This document shows positions 37,201 to 51,677 of a DNA stretch of 64,000 nt, piece after piece; positions within the stretch are counted from its first letter, which is position 1, and the number at the start of each line of letters is the position of its first letter. The DNA is from Bigelowiella natans CCMP2755. Taxonomy: Eukaryota > Protista > Cercozoa. Under the pieces are notes generated by a model. It worked only from the letters and a program-made list of their open reading frames with translations, was not told the origin of the DNA and searched no databases. The position numbers and the translations under genes were made by a program. The DNA is taken from positions 1 through 64,000 of the forward strand of contig ADNK01003302.1 in NCBI GenBank assembly GCA_000320545.1, read 5' to 3'.

Positions 37201-38151
37201 AGTAAGATTATTTTTATTAAAGAGACAAATTATCCCCATGGAAGATGATTGATCTCATAGGTGTCCCAAAATGCTGTTCTGGCTCTCGGAATCATTGGTG
37301 CTGGCACCAACAACTCAAGAATAGCTGGACTTTTGCGGCAGTTAAGTAGCTACTACTCAAGAGAACCAAATCACCTTTTTCTTGTTCGGATTGCTCAAGG
37401 TAAAAACTTAAAGTGGTTCACAATTTGAAGCAGCAGTAGCAGCAGGAGGCTTACATATGTTCTGCAATATTTATTCGTAGGTCTGCTGCACTTGGGCAAA
37501 GGGCTCTTAACCTTAGATCCTTTGTTGTCTGATGGATTGCTTCTATCCAAGTCGGCACTCGCGGGATTGTTAGTTGTCCTGCATTCAAGTCTCGATATGA
37601 AAAATAGTAATGAGCATTCATTGCAGATAAATATAGATAAATATTGACCCCTAATTCATATTTTCTTCAGCATTACTGGGGAAAAGACACTACATGCTTT
37701 ACTGTTTATCGTGCGGCATGCGCCCCAGGATGTTAATGACTGTAGATGAAAAACTTCAGCCCATCGCTGTAAAAGTTAGAGTGGGAACAGCTGTAGATAC
37801 AGCAGGGAAGGCAGGAAAGTACGGAATCTAATGAATTTAATATTTTGTATTTTAAATTTTGAGTTTATATATAAGGAAATTTTATGGAATATTTCTGTGT
37901 TCGGGCCAAAAAAATTAATTTATTGTACATTATAGACCAAAGACAATTACGGGATTCCAGACTCATAAAACTCCTGTTTTACTGGCCCATGGGGAAAGAG
38001 CGGAGCTTGCGACAGATTATTGTAAGTGAGAGATTGATAATTTTGTGTTCATATTTAACTAGAAACATTTGCAGATATTTCGATGACGAATGTTCTTGAG
38101 GGAGTCGTAATTGTGAAGAAGAATCCGGATGCAGTAGATGAAGAAGGCTGA
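34274..38151 (+). CDS. RPN1: 26S proteasome regulatory subunit RPN1, multi-exon
   Basis: [98 protein letters not shown]. Confidence 0.96.
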
Positions 38152-38977
38152 GTAAGCTGAATGTACCAGCCCTGTACGTCAAGCTGACGAGTAGCTTGTA
38201 GATGCAGAAGGAAAGGCATAGACATTAACATATTATGATATTGTTTCACGAAACATCTAGTATTGCGAAACATGACTCTTCGCACCACATTTTGTGTCTT
38301 ACAGGAGGCAGTCAAGCTTGCCTGTGTGTTATTTCATGAAACTATGTGTATGTATTTATGTGACTCCTGCTCAGCTAGTCAGTGCTGGGCATATCTATGG
38401 AATTTCAAAATAGTGATGTGAAAAATAAGAAATTATTGTTCTCATGTGACGTACACGCTTTGTGTGTCAATGGCGGAGAACAGTCGATCATCGCATCATG
38501 GAGTTAGAGAGCTATATTGCGGATGCTCTCACAGGCTAGCTACTTGCAGATTGCAGACGTGATTGGTGCATGCTAGCACGCGCTAGCGCGTGCAATGACA
38601 ACACGTTGCACTCATGATCATGAAAACATATAAACTTGACTAAAAGTATAGTCGCGCCGGAAGCTAGCGTACTAGCGTACAAGCTTCTTAGCAGACAACA
38701 TCTAGAGAACTTAGCTAGCTTAGCTAGTTAGCATGCGCATGCATGGTGCCGACAGTTGGTAAAGACATCTAGACATGCGTGTACAGACTCCACACATGTA
38801 CACACACACACACACACAAACGCATGCATGCATAGCGTGTATATACTATGCATGCATATTTACACAGCTGCCTTATTTAATAAATCCTTATGCTAGTATG
38901 TCACACTTATTATCCTGAAGTAATAATTTAACACAGAGTAAACTTCACATATCATTCATCATTCAGTCCAGTGATAT

Positions 38978-41076
38978 TTATGTAATATTCATGCGCTTTT
39001 CGTAATCTTCATGATAGGAGTTGCAGCGAGCCTTGAGCTTGTCGATGAATTTCTTCTTGCGGTTTTCAAATTTGAATTCTCCACCCTTGCAAATCTCGCA
39101 TGATACCCGCTTGGCTAGCTCCATTTCATCTTCTTTCATTAGCCTATCGACCAACCGAGATGCAGCTTCCGTCTCAAGAAGGTCCTGCATGTTGAACCTC
39201 ACCCTACAAATCTTGTAAAGGAGCATATTTGTGTCTACTAAATCACCTTCATCTATAACTTTTCTCTCCATTTTGCTACTTAACGACGACTGTATATCTC
39301 CATCCTCTTTCTTCCTGTCATAGAACGCCAACGTCCGATATCGCCGGTACCTCTGTTTGATCCGCTCATCGACCTTAGCAATGCCCTCCCCCTTTTTCCT
39401 GCTAAATGTTCTACTGCTACTTAGACAACGGTCTTTGAAGAAGTCCAGCAAGCTGCGTATGAGGTGGATGACAACCAGCTTATGCTGTTGCGACGCTAGC
39501 TTCACCGAGAGCTCATCGCAGCAGTCAAGCACGGCCTCTTTGGTCTGTGTTCGAAGATCAGGTTCCTTCAGGCACCATTCGAAACATCGGAATCCAACGT
39601 CCTTGCCGAGAAACTCACACTTCAGCGTTAGAACCTTCTTCCCAAACTTCAAAATCCTAAGCATCGGATCGTCGCCTCCTCCGCGTTCTTGCCGACGATA
39701 ACCCGCGAAAAGCGGTGTTTCGAGTAGCTTCGTTAGAGTTTCAATTCTACTCTGGTCAAGTAATGCCTCGAGTATGTCGTTCGGAGATGCGTAGTGCTTG
39801 AGAAGCGGGCCCTATAAAAGCCATAGTTTTTTTGCATACGTCCAAAAAAGGCAGCAAAATAAAAGGGAAAATAGATGAAGGGAACACAAAGAAAAGCAAT
39901 GAGGACAAACACGTTCAAGCACTTGGTAAAAGGAGAGATCATTCGTCCTCAATCATATTCACCAAAATGTAGTTTCGTATCTATTTCACTTGCTGCTACT
40001 ACTACTTTCACCACCAAGCGTGCATTGATACCTGCAGATCCTCTGGCAATGCAATCAGCATTCTTGAAGCCACAGTAACACGATCGAACCAGCGCTTTTC
40101 CGCACCGACCAGTTTACATTTCCTCTTAAAGAAACGTTCAAGGTATTGGACAACGATATGCACAGCGTGGGTAGACTCTAATTGCATGAGGAGCTTCTGC
40201 GCTACTTTAAACTTTCGAGTGTCGTCGAGGTCCTGTAGTTTTTTTATGGCTCGAATACGGTCTCTTGTTGGGGATCCTTTCCGAAGCAACCTTGCTATAT
40301 CAGCTGCAGAACGAGCGTCGAGGAGGGTTGTCTCAAGCTCCAAGATCATAGTTTTATTATTATGTGGGTTGGTAGCGAAGAGGTGGAAGATCTTCTCCGC
40401 TATTACAACCTGGCGACAAGGTATGATAGTTTCGATCACGTGCTTAAGATCTTTCTCACAATTGCTTTCCAAGGCACGCCAGTCCTGTAATAAGATTCCT
40501 AACTCAGAGCTACCACCTCCTAGTCCTCCTCCCCGCTCTCTCACATCGTTTCGGAGTGCTTCTACAAGTTGCTGGTAGTAGAGACAAATCCTGTACTTGC
40601 GCCTTACTCGTCGAATGAGCATCTCATTTACAGCAGCAGGTAGACCAGCTGCAGCAGTAGTAGTACCGATCTTACAATCATCTCTTCTGGTGTTGCCGTT
40701 ATTCATAGTGTCATCATCACCATCGTAGTTGATACTCGTACCAGCAGCATCAGGCTGCTGGTTCCTTTTTGACATTATCGTCGTCTGATCATCACCACTA
40801 TTCTTGACTGTGTTGTAACTGCTTCTACTACTGCTACTACTTTTATCCATCATAGCGTCGAGATCCGCTAGAAGGTTGAATAACACCTTTTCGTTGATAC
40901 ACAACAACACGTACACTATATATATTCGTTGTGTTTACCATAAACAAAACTCGCGTTAACGCAAGAATGAATTCGTCTTTAAAGGATAGGCAGCACGCTA
41001 TAGCATTATGACTCACAAAATCATGTAAGATCATTCTAACCGTTTGCTGTTTGAGCAGCATGATAGCGTGCACACA

Positions 41077-41137
<61 letters not shown>

Positions 41138-43648
41138 ACACACACACAAATACAGACCACACACCAGAGACTACAAATAGAGCAGGAGAGCACTCATTTG
41201 AATAATATCCTTTTCACACATGTTCAGCATTCAGAAGTAATCACAGCATCTCCACCCACATGGCCGCCTTTCCTCTGTTTGTTACCTGCAAGCACATCTT
41301 AGCGTCGGGCCAAAACTTGATATAGCTGAGACAAAGAACCGCTGCACGTTGAGCGTCCTTCAGTCGCAAGATACACCTCATTCGAAACTCTTCCACTTTT
41401 CGGTACTCATCATCGCTCTTTTTCTGGTCCTTTTCTCGACCATCAAGGAATGACGATGTATTCGTAGCTGCTGCTGCTGTTGGTGTTGCTGCCGATGGCA
41501 TTGACAAGTGTTGTCGCTGCCTTTGAGATGACAAAAATGATTGCTTCGGAGGAGGGAGAGGAGGGTTTGGGATGAGGGGGATAATTCGGCTAAGGAGTTC
41601 CTGCACTATAGATTGCGCTCTTGGGGAAGATAGATCCAGGTATCTGTATAGGAAGAAGAGAAGATAAACAGTCAGCAATGATGATAGATCACAAGCAGGA
41701 GGAAGAGAAGAAAATCGGAGAGCAGACGTAACAAAAACACTACTTGCAGCAGTGAGAACAAATTAACCTTTCCGCAATACGAAGGGCCTTCACAAGGCGA
41801 CTTAGCAGCCTGCTGTTGCTACTGTTTCTCTCCCCCCGTGGCGGTGATGATGATGACGACGATGATGTCACGTTGGTGGTGGTGGTGGTGGTGGTGCCAA
41901 GATGACGTTGTCGTATTCCATCAGTTGTCTGAGCAAGACTAAGGGGTAGGCGGTTGCTGCTGCTACTGCTGCTGCCCTTTGGTTTATTCTTCTCCTGATG
42001 TTCTCTCTCTCCTCCTACTTCTATACCATTCTGCTGCTGCTCGATTGTAGTAGCAGTAGTAGTAGTACTACTAGTAGTGGTAGTTGATTTGCTGAGAAAT
42101 CTTAGGAGAATGTTCTCATACACTTTACCATCGCCTTTTACAGTTTCTTCGCGGAATCCCTCAAGGTAGCCGGCACGCATCATCGTTCTTAGTTCTTCTG
42201 CATCATCCAGTATATGAAGCGCGTTGAGGTACGTGGACACCCGCCATGACATCCATCGATGGAAAGCTGGTAAAAATGATGCTGTCTTTACAGCTTGTTC
42301 ACCTACCGCTCGCATCTGATCGATATCTTGACCGGATGATGCAGCTGGTAGTGCTTGCCGTACACATAACAAAGGAAGGAGCACCCGCTGGGCTAATGCG
42401 CCAACCCGACGAATCACATCTGGAGAGGGGCGGCTTGTGTCGCGGCGGAGGAGAACATGCTCATATGGATGGGTGGTACGATAGTGATGATGATAATGCT
42501 GCCCGTGCCGATAACTACTATTCTCATCGTCGCCACTGCCATCTTCGGTAGTATTACCGTCGTCGTCATCATTAACTCTGCTTTGCTCTTCCCCTTGATC
42601 TTCTTCACCTTCATTTCCTACTCTCCTCCTCCTCCTATCATAGTTAAAGTGAATTCCATTGTTGTTGCTTTCATCATCATCGTACTTATAGTCGTAATAT
42701 CTACTACTGTCGCTTCTCCCCCCTTGGCTAGCCTCTTCAAACGGCACACCGACTGCATCAGGAGGAGGAGGAGATCCCCGCCCAAATGCATCGTTCTCAT
42801 AGCCATAGTTGAAGTCCCAGCTTGGCGAAAGGAGAAAGTCATTATGCTGCTGCTGCTTTTGGTGCTTTAATACAAGGGAGGAGGAGGAGGATCTTGTTGC
42901 CTTTGGTGATGCTAATGATGGTGATGATGATGATAATGGTGGTGGTGGCGGTTGTAGCTGCTGCATGGGTATCGGCGCTTGAATCCCCTCAGCAACTCTT
43001 GCTAAATACTCCAAGATCTTGTAGTAGCTGCCCCCCCCCTGCCTACCCGGCCGCTGGTATTGGCGAGTGTTTTCACCGCCGTCGCCATGATGATCTGGGC
43101 TGCTACTGCCCCCTTCTTCTTCTTTTTCGTCTTCTTTGTCGTTGTCTAAGCAATAACGTTCGTATTCTCTCAAGTACTGCAACCTCATCGTGCCATTCCA
43201 ACCACCAGTGCTGCTGCTGCTGCTACTTTCTTCATTATTCTTGGTGACAAAGCCAGCAGCTCCACGAACAATATTCCGTGATGATTTCATATCAGATGCT
43301 GATGAGAATGATGACGACGATAACGTTCTTGTCCCTGTTGTTGTTCCTGTCCCTCCCCCCCCCGCGGAATCTCCTAAGCCATTGTTCCCGCTTCCATTTG
43401 CACCGCCACCTCCTCCCCCCCCCCCTCCATACTGGCGAATCCAATGAAGGAGAGCGTTAGGAGCAATTCCAGCATGATGATGATGACTGCTGCTCTTGGA
43501 ACCGCTCTTAAGGGTCGGGTTACTGCGGCTTGTAAGTACTCCAGTTGTTGTCGCAGTTGTTGTCGCAGTAGTAACAGCAGCTGTAGGCCCATTCCTTTAT
43601 ACGACATAGTAGTAGTAGTAGTAGTAGTAGTAGTAGCGGTGGTGGTGG

Positions 43649-43689
<41 letters not shown>

Positions 43690-45567
43690 TCGTGAATATA
43701 CTAAATCATGTTGGTTGTTGTTCACACAGAGGAAAAGAGCAATTAAAAGAGGGTAGTAGTAGTAGAAAAGAGAATTATCAACGATAATAGGTTTGGATTT
43801 TCTTCTAAAAAATAAGAATCACCAAGGATATGATTAGGCTTCTCTCTGCAAACACCTGTCGTCTCACTCTATAATACTACTACTCTCTCATCATCAATTA
43901 TTCAGAAACGCGTGCATCACGAAACCATCATCATCATCATCATCTCTTGTTCCATTGTTGTCTTCTTCGTTCCCTCGCTGCTATTTTACCCGTTTCTAGC
44001 AATGTGGTAGTCAGCAAATTGAGAGATTATATCGAATGCAGGCCTCGCTCCATGATCAATAATTGGAAGTAACAGCGTGGAGGCGCGGTTATGATGAAGA
44101 AACTTCTGTGCTGATGGTGCCTCCCTGCCCTTATCATCATCCTCTGATTTCTCCTTTGCTCTTTTCTTCTTATCCCCTGTATAACTACTAGTAGATACCT
44201 CAGTTTGCAGCGGCCGCATGCTCAGCAACCTGTTGGTGAGTGCGAGATAAAACTCGTAAAGGCGCTGTTCACGGTCGTAAGCGGTTATTGCAATGCTTGT
44301 CTTGCTGAGATATTTCTTAGCAAACTCCAGGATTTGCCGATATATGGTGGCAGAGAATCGATGTCGGAAGGTCACAGCAAGGTCAATTGCAAAGAAAAAA
44401 CCTTGTAAAGGTGGGCTGCTCATAGACGACGAGGAGGAGGAGGGCGATGACGACGACTGTGGTGATGAACCACTTGCAATCTCTTCTTCACCTTCCTCCC
44501 CTCCTCTTCCCTCTTCTCTACCCGCTCCTCCTCCTCCCTTGTTCTCCTCATGAGCCTCATTGTTTGCAAACTCAAGGATGAGATCTTTTATGCCTTTCAC
44601 CAGCAGGTTCTTATTTCCATTTTCTATTCTCCCCTTCTTCTTCCTCCTAGATCTCTCGTTGTTCCTCTCTCCATTATTATTATTATTATTTCTTCTAGTG
44701 CTGAAAGGTATGCTCTTCTCATCATTATCGAAGTCTTCGTCATTATCATAACCACCACTATACTTAAAACCGTTATAATCATCCTTAGAATTGTATTGGG
44801 TACTTTTTATCACGAGTTCACTAAGTTTTGACCAGCATTGTGCCTCTTTTATCAGTTTTTGGTGCTCATCTCCTGGTGGCCTGCGGTCTGTAAAGAGCTT
44901 TCCAATCTCGCGTAGCCTATTGAGCCTTAAGAATCGTGCAGAAATGACCTCGAGAGGAGCCACCATTAGCTTGAGCGTTGCCGTTTTGTCATCAAGATTC
45001 CGAATCACACTCAACCGCCAAAGTCCCTCCTTCACATGTGCCTCGAGTGCAAGGAGACGGGTCATCATCTCGGGGCTAGGCAAATTCGCATTATTTCTTT
45101 TCTTCTTCTTGTTGTTGTTCTTTTTTTTCCTTCTTTTCTCCTCGTTTTCAGTCGTACCAGCCCCAGCGTTAGCTGAAGCGGCAGTAGCAGCAGTAGAACG
45201 ATGATGTGAATTTGTTTGCGGGGTAAAGCTGCTGCTGCTGCTATCTGCTGCTGTGTCTGCTGGTCTGCGCTCACTGTCGCTTGCTGCTGCCTCAATCTGG
45301 AGATTTAGCTTTGAAATAACTCGATGCAAATGTGTTAGAATGACCTCGCAGTCGTTCAGACTAACCACAAATTCTGCCTCCTCGCCGTCTTTAAGCTCAT
45401 GGTAAGAAGTCTTGAAAGGAGAAGATGATGACGGCATCGACGATGACGATGACGAAACTCCCGCGCTGCCACTTCTCGGACCCTGGGGATTATGAGATTA
45501 TTGTTATTATTATTTGCTGAGACTTCATGGTGGATCGATGATGACTGTTTACTGCTGCAGGTTGCAT

Positions 45568-45600
<33 letters not shown>

Positions 45601-45609
45601 CAATGACGT

Positions 45610-45645
<36 letters not shown>

Positions 45646-47209
45646 TTCAATGTACTTGGGTCATGCGGCTAAACATAATTATTATCCATACGTCGTTTTT
45701 ACAATTATACCCATGCATTAAAATTATTTAGTTAACATGTTCCTCACAAGAATAAAATATCCAACAGTCAATATGATCACGTTGTCAATCATATCCATCA
45801 TCGCGTCATCATCATCATCATCGTCGTCGTCGTTCAATTTGTTATTACCCCTGTAGCATTAGCTGCAACGACATCAGCCGCTGCGGCAGCAGCCGATGCC
45901 GATGTATTCTTCTCCGATCGATTGATATCTGCTGTGGTGATGAAGAGCAAACAGAAAAGCTTCTCCACCGTAAGTACCTTGATCTCCATCTGTGACATCT
46001 GCAGAATATACCTTTCAGCCTTCTGCCAAACACTTTCAACCACAGATGAGGCAGCCTTGTGATCATCATCATTATCATCATCCACATTATTATATTTGCT
46101 CCTTTCTCCTCCCACTTCTTTCTGTTTCAGAGCAACATCGTTCTCCTCCTCGTCGTCTTTTTCCTCCACAACCCTTGTCAGCACTCCACGTATTGCAAAA
46201 TATGCACGTAGAAGGTCCAGATCATGAGCACATTCCCTCCCACATCCTGCCCATGCGTGTCGATGATTATGCAGTAACGTTAATAGTGCATCCGGGTCAA
46301 GCCCAGGATCAGGTAGATAGTCTCTCAGAGCACACAGAATTGAGTCCTTGCGTAACGATTTCAGAATCTTGCTGCGTTGTTCCTCTTCCCTTCCTTCCCT
46401 ACCTCTTCCTCTCCCCCCACCACCTCCTCCTCTCCCTGTCCCTCCCCCGCCTCCTCCTCCTCCTCCTCCTCCTCCCCCTCCTCTTCCTCCTCCTCCTCCC
46501 CCCCCGTCAATACCACGTGTTTGCTTGGAGAGCACATAGTGTACTAATCGAACGTAGAATGCCAACCGATTGCACCAGCGGGTGATACGAGGTTCCCCAC
46601 ATTCTTCTTCTTCTGATAAATGATGATGATGATGATGATTTCCTATGTTGCTGCTTACGTTTGATGTTTTTGTTGATGATGACGACGACGACGATGAGAA
46701 GTGTTTGGCATTCTTCTTCCTCGCCCCTTTACCTTCTTCTTGGCTTCTACCAGCAGCAGGTGTAGAAGTAGTAGTAGCGATTGTTGAGGAGCCATCGTCG
46801 AGGTCTGCCCCGTTAGTCCATAGATTCGAGATGAGTGCGTGTTTGGTGGTAAAATTGGTGGTGTTGTCCCATGCCAGCAAGATGGCTAAGGCACGCAGTT
46901 GTGGAAACGGCCGCAGCAACAACTTTGCGCGATTCCAATGTAAGTCGCGCGCTGCTTCAAGTGCAGCTCTGAGGGGAAACTGGAACATGTGTGTCTTGAC
47001 AGTTCTACAATATCGTGTGTATTCGCACCAGAAGCTGGCAAGACAGCGATTTCGTACTTCCTGCTTCATCATTGCCTCTACCTTTCCCTGCTGCTGCTGC
47101 TCTTCTAGTCTCGACGATGAATCATCACCTGCTATCTTGAGCTTCTCCACCGCGTCGATCGCATTGCTATAGTCAGTGAAACACTGTGGCACACCGCCTA
47201 ATCCTACAT

Positions 47210-47241
<32 letters not shown>

Positions 47242-47916
47242 TTCCCCCGCATGATACCACTACTACTACTACTGCTAGCACTTCGTCCCTGAATTTCGAG
47301 CAACATCTTGTTTTCGAGGGCACAAAATCGCCTAAGATGATACTCATGGCTTGTATCTTTGCCAGTGAGGAGAGCAGAGTACACAGCACACCGCATCTTT
47401 AGAGTGCGTTGGTACCGATTGACGACGCTTTCAGCCCTCAAATCGTCGAGATCGCGCGAAGGACCTGGCTGCTTTGGCTTGCGAGGTTTGAATCTATCAC
47501 GGAACAGACGTGAAACTTTCTCCTCTAGGTTTTCATGCTTTCTCTCGTGGATACATGCCGCAAACGCTTGAAAGATGCGGTCAATGGCCTCACTCCTCCG
47601 CGGTTTCGTGTATACTTGTGATACTAGCACTCTCAGCGCCTCGCAGGCCTGAGAGAATTCATTCTCTCGAAGAAATAGCATCTCACCGATAATAGCACTG
47701 TAAAATTCGGCCAATTCCAACGCCCCAGATTCTCCAGTTGAGTAGTTGGTGAGCCTATAGCGGGTACTACTACTACTACGATGTCCACTACCAACGACTT
47801 GGAAAACAGAGGAAAGACGATGATGATGGGTGAGTCCTCCTCCTCCTCCTCCTCCTCCTCCTCCTCCTCCTCTTCCACTGTTGTTGCTGCTACTGCTTGT
47901 AGTATTATTATTTGTG

Positions 47917-47949
<33 letters not shown>

Positions 47950-48650
47950 ATATTCCCAGTCGTAGATGCTGCTGGGATGCCGGTATTATCATTGCCACTC
48001 CTATTACTATTACTATTACTACTACTGCCGTGTTTACCACCACCACGACGACGATCTACTACATTAGCTCCAGCAACACCACCTCTTTTACCACCTGCAG
48101 AGATTATTGCAGGATCGTGGCCTCTTCTTCCTCCTCCTCCACCTCCTCCTCCTCCTCCTCCTCCTCCTCCCCTACTACTGCTGCTACTATTACTACTGCT
48201 GCTGCTGCTACTACTACTCCCAAGATGACGACGATGGCGAGCAGTAACATGGCTGCTAGCAGACCTAGCACCAGAGGCCAACGAAGTATTCTTATTATCA
48301 TTATCACTGTGGGGGATAGTACTAATGTCGTTGTTTGGTGATGAAGAGGAATCGAATCCTCCTGCAGTGTTATTCATCGCACCGCCTCCTCCTCCTGACT
48401 TTCTGTCCTCCTCCACCTCCTGCTCACATATAATATCCGTCTCAATCTTCTCAGCACGCACTTGCAGCTCCGCCAGAAGCGCACATATCTCATGACCCAC
48501 AGACGGGACTTTTCGAATAACCCTTCGTATGGCTCGTATAGTATCTTCAGAGTCTACGATCGATTTCACATCGTTAATCACGCCTACGCCTCCTTTGGGG
48601 ATTCGTCTCCCTTTTCCGTCGCTGGTTGAAGGCCAATGGTACTATGTAAA

Positions 48651-48693
<43 letters not shown>

Positions 48694-51677
48694 CTAGTTG
48701 TTGTAATTATGGGAGATTGCATTGGTGTTTGCCTCCTCCAATCAGTGTGTTTTGGTCTAGGTGTCGTGGTTCTTGTGTCTACAGTCGCATTATTATTAAC
48801 ATCATTGTCATTATTATTATTGTTATTATTATGATTATTATTATTTCAGTCGTATTGTTTTTTCTTGATGTATCTGAGCAATAACCACCTCTGAAAAGTA
48901 GTAGTAGTGGTAGTCATCTGCATCATCGTCACTACTATCGTCCGTGGTCCCAAGGATCTTCCCACTTGCTCCCCGTCTACTACGCATGGCTGGTATATTA
49001 TGAAGGACTTTTCTCCTAGCAGTCCTCCAATGCATACGATCGGGTGCTTCAATAAGATACCGTACAACCCCGCTGATGTTACTAGCAACACGTTCACCTA
49101 GTATCCTTCTTGCCTCGTGTACTAGAAGCTGAGCTCGTAGCCATATCTTTCTACTCTCAGAAATATCACCCATTTTCACCGGTTGGTCTGTAAGAGGCAT
49201 GCGAAGGTGCTCCCACCTTAGCTTCAATCGTACGCGCCCCACTACAGTCTTCTTTTTCATATAAATAAATATGTGTATATTTCAGGTGGGAGGAGTAAAT
49301 GAGTGGAAGTGATAGTATCAGAGCAGGACGTGTAGTAGAAGAAGCAAGAAGATAAGAAGAAACCTAGATTTTTAAAATTAAGTAGTTGGAAGGAAGAAAG
49401 TAGCAACGACCTTTGGTACAGAGTCATTGCTGATGTTGCTTCGTTGTCCTCCTCCTCCTCCTCCTTTTCCTCCTCCTCCTCTCTTGGTTGATGCGGCGGT
49501 GAGAGGTATCCAAATGTGGTAGGCGTTCTTCGCTCGAATATGCGTGAGAGAAAGATCGCACTTCCCTACGATGAAGTCCTCTTCTTCAGAAGCTTTACCA
49601 CCGTGTGCAGTAACCATCAAGGATAATTTAGAGTCAGCGTATACTACACGCGCCAGCATTGTCTCCTTCCAAACGCATCTGCGCTCCTGATTATTCGTTC
49701 GCTCGGCCTAGAGCATCATCATCATCATCATCATCAGTTTTGTCATCATCATTATTATCATCATCAACATCATCGGTTATGTCGTCGTAATCATAATCAT
49801 GATCATCTTACCGCTAAGATTTGCGTGCATCGATGAATATTTTCAAAACGAATATTGCACCGAAGATACCTGTGGGAGGTTTGACTTCAGATTCGTTGTT
49901 GAGACGTAAGTAAGTAAAACCGACGCATTTGTGTGTCAACGAAAATGCATTAGATAGTTGTTAGCTGTACTATTTTAATTAATCACAACGAAAATGCATT
50001 AGTTGTTACTGTACTCTTTTAAGTAATCACAAGGGAAGAGTATGTGCTTCACCCTACCCACCATCGCATCCTCTTTATTGTGCCTTCATTCCTCTTCTCC
50101 ACGTTGTCGTTAACGTCGTCATCATCCTCTTCTTCCAGTAGCTTAGCAGGCAGCCAATTCTTTGTCTCATTCTCCATCCGTACCTATAAATCATGATTAC
50201 GATGATATTACAATTGAAAACAGTGATAACTATAATGAAGATAATGATATTTGGTACAATGAAATAATCATTCAATAAGGGTCGGCGAGACCAATTCCTC
50301 CACCAAGTTGAATTATAAGCCAACGACAAGGGGTGGGGAGAATGATGCTGGCGCAGAAGCTGTTGAAATACTAATTGATGGACCATTGTTTTCCTTCTCT
50401 CATCATCCTCCTCCTCGTGATCATCATCATTTCAATAAATAAAGACCTCGCATGCGGTAATCATAAGCACGTCATGTGAGACGAAACCGAGAGGATTTAT
50501 GCCCTGCTTCATCTTGTTTTGCAGTATTGTCCATCTATGATATACATATAAGGATTCAATTATCCAAAAACATAAACGCGCGAATGCCCGCGCATAGTTT
50601 GAAATTCATAAGGGGCAAAAGGATGTATTTGAGAGGAGAGAGAGGGAGAGAGAGAGAGAGAGAGAGAAAAGCTGGCAGTACGTGTGATTATCCATGATCA
50701 TGGGAATTATAAAGACACGTTTGGCAAGGCTGCGTAGCTCTCACATAGTCGCATAGTACCTACCTATCACTATATAAAAACATAAAAACTTACAAACTAT
50801 GACCACACCTTGCTGCACGTCTTAGTCTCTCCCTGCTCTGGGGTGTGGCGTTGTTGTTGTTGAACCTCTCTGGGATCCTCGCTTTGCTCATTACTCTTTT
50901 GAAGAGAGACCGATACTCCACATACCCAAGCCAGGACATGTGATACTGAATAATAATTTATTGAATGGGTGCGAAAAAAGGAGTTAGTTGTCATCACCAA
51001 TATCTGCTTTCATTTGTGTAGTCTTAAGTGTCGTCCGCACACGTTTTTGAGCGGCGAATATCAATCAATAGCTGAATTTTCTGTAGCCATTGCCGCCACA
51101 ACAGAAAGCACAAGCACTGCAGCTAATACCGCTGTTACTGATGCTCCCCCTACTACTATTCCTTCACTACCGCAGAGCGCACTGAAACATCTCTTATCCA
51201 GTCATCTTCCACTCTTCCCATTATCAGCTCTCGCAGGGCCCTGACGACTCGGTCGGGATGGATTTGGAAGAGCTGATCAATAACTGTCCGTGCAAGCTCA
51301 AATTGGGAGAGTGAAAGGTAGTTGCATAGGATTGTGTACAACTTCTGGCTCTCTTGGTTCCTGAGAATGAATGAAAATTCATTAAGGCTGATGTCGTCAT
51401 TCCAAATGCTGCAAAGATGTACTAGTGATTCGACAGATGATGATCAGTTTACAATATTTAGAAGATACTGAGCTTAATTAATTGGCTAATAAAAATAGAT
51501 CGGATATCAAACGCTTAGCACTCTTAGTTTCTAAACGCTTCGTAGTAAATTAGAGAAGACACACCGCGATGTCGATATGACATTGAGATGGTTTGAGGAG
51601 GAGCTCAGGTTCGTAGCTCCCATACCATCTGGCTCTGAGTCCTCCTCCCTTTGACTCCTATTTCCTTTTGTATCCAT
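38978..51677 (-). CDS. Large spastizin/ZFYVE26-like protein with an inserted C2 domain and many homopolymer tracts, multi-exon
   Basis: N-terminal LCNYLSLSQFELARTVIDQL; later blocks RCILRLKDAQRAAVLCLSYIKFW, LLQDWRALESNCEKD and SPNDILEALL resemble plant/Dictyostelium ZFYVE26; C2-like CVWKETM...FIVGKCDLSL...WIPL...GRVRLKLRW at 49200-49700. Start codon inferred. Confidence 0.7.
49937..50032. repeat. Imperfect ~49-bp tandem duplication in an intron
   Basis: CAACGAAAATGCATT...AGTTGTTA(G)CTGTACT...TTTTAA...AATCACAA occurs twice. Confidence 0.75.
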
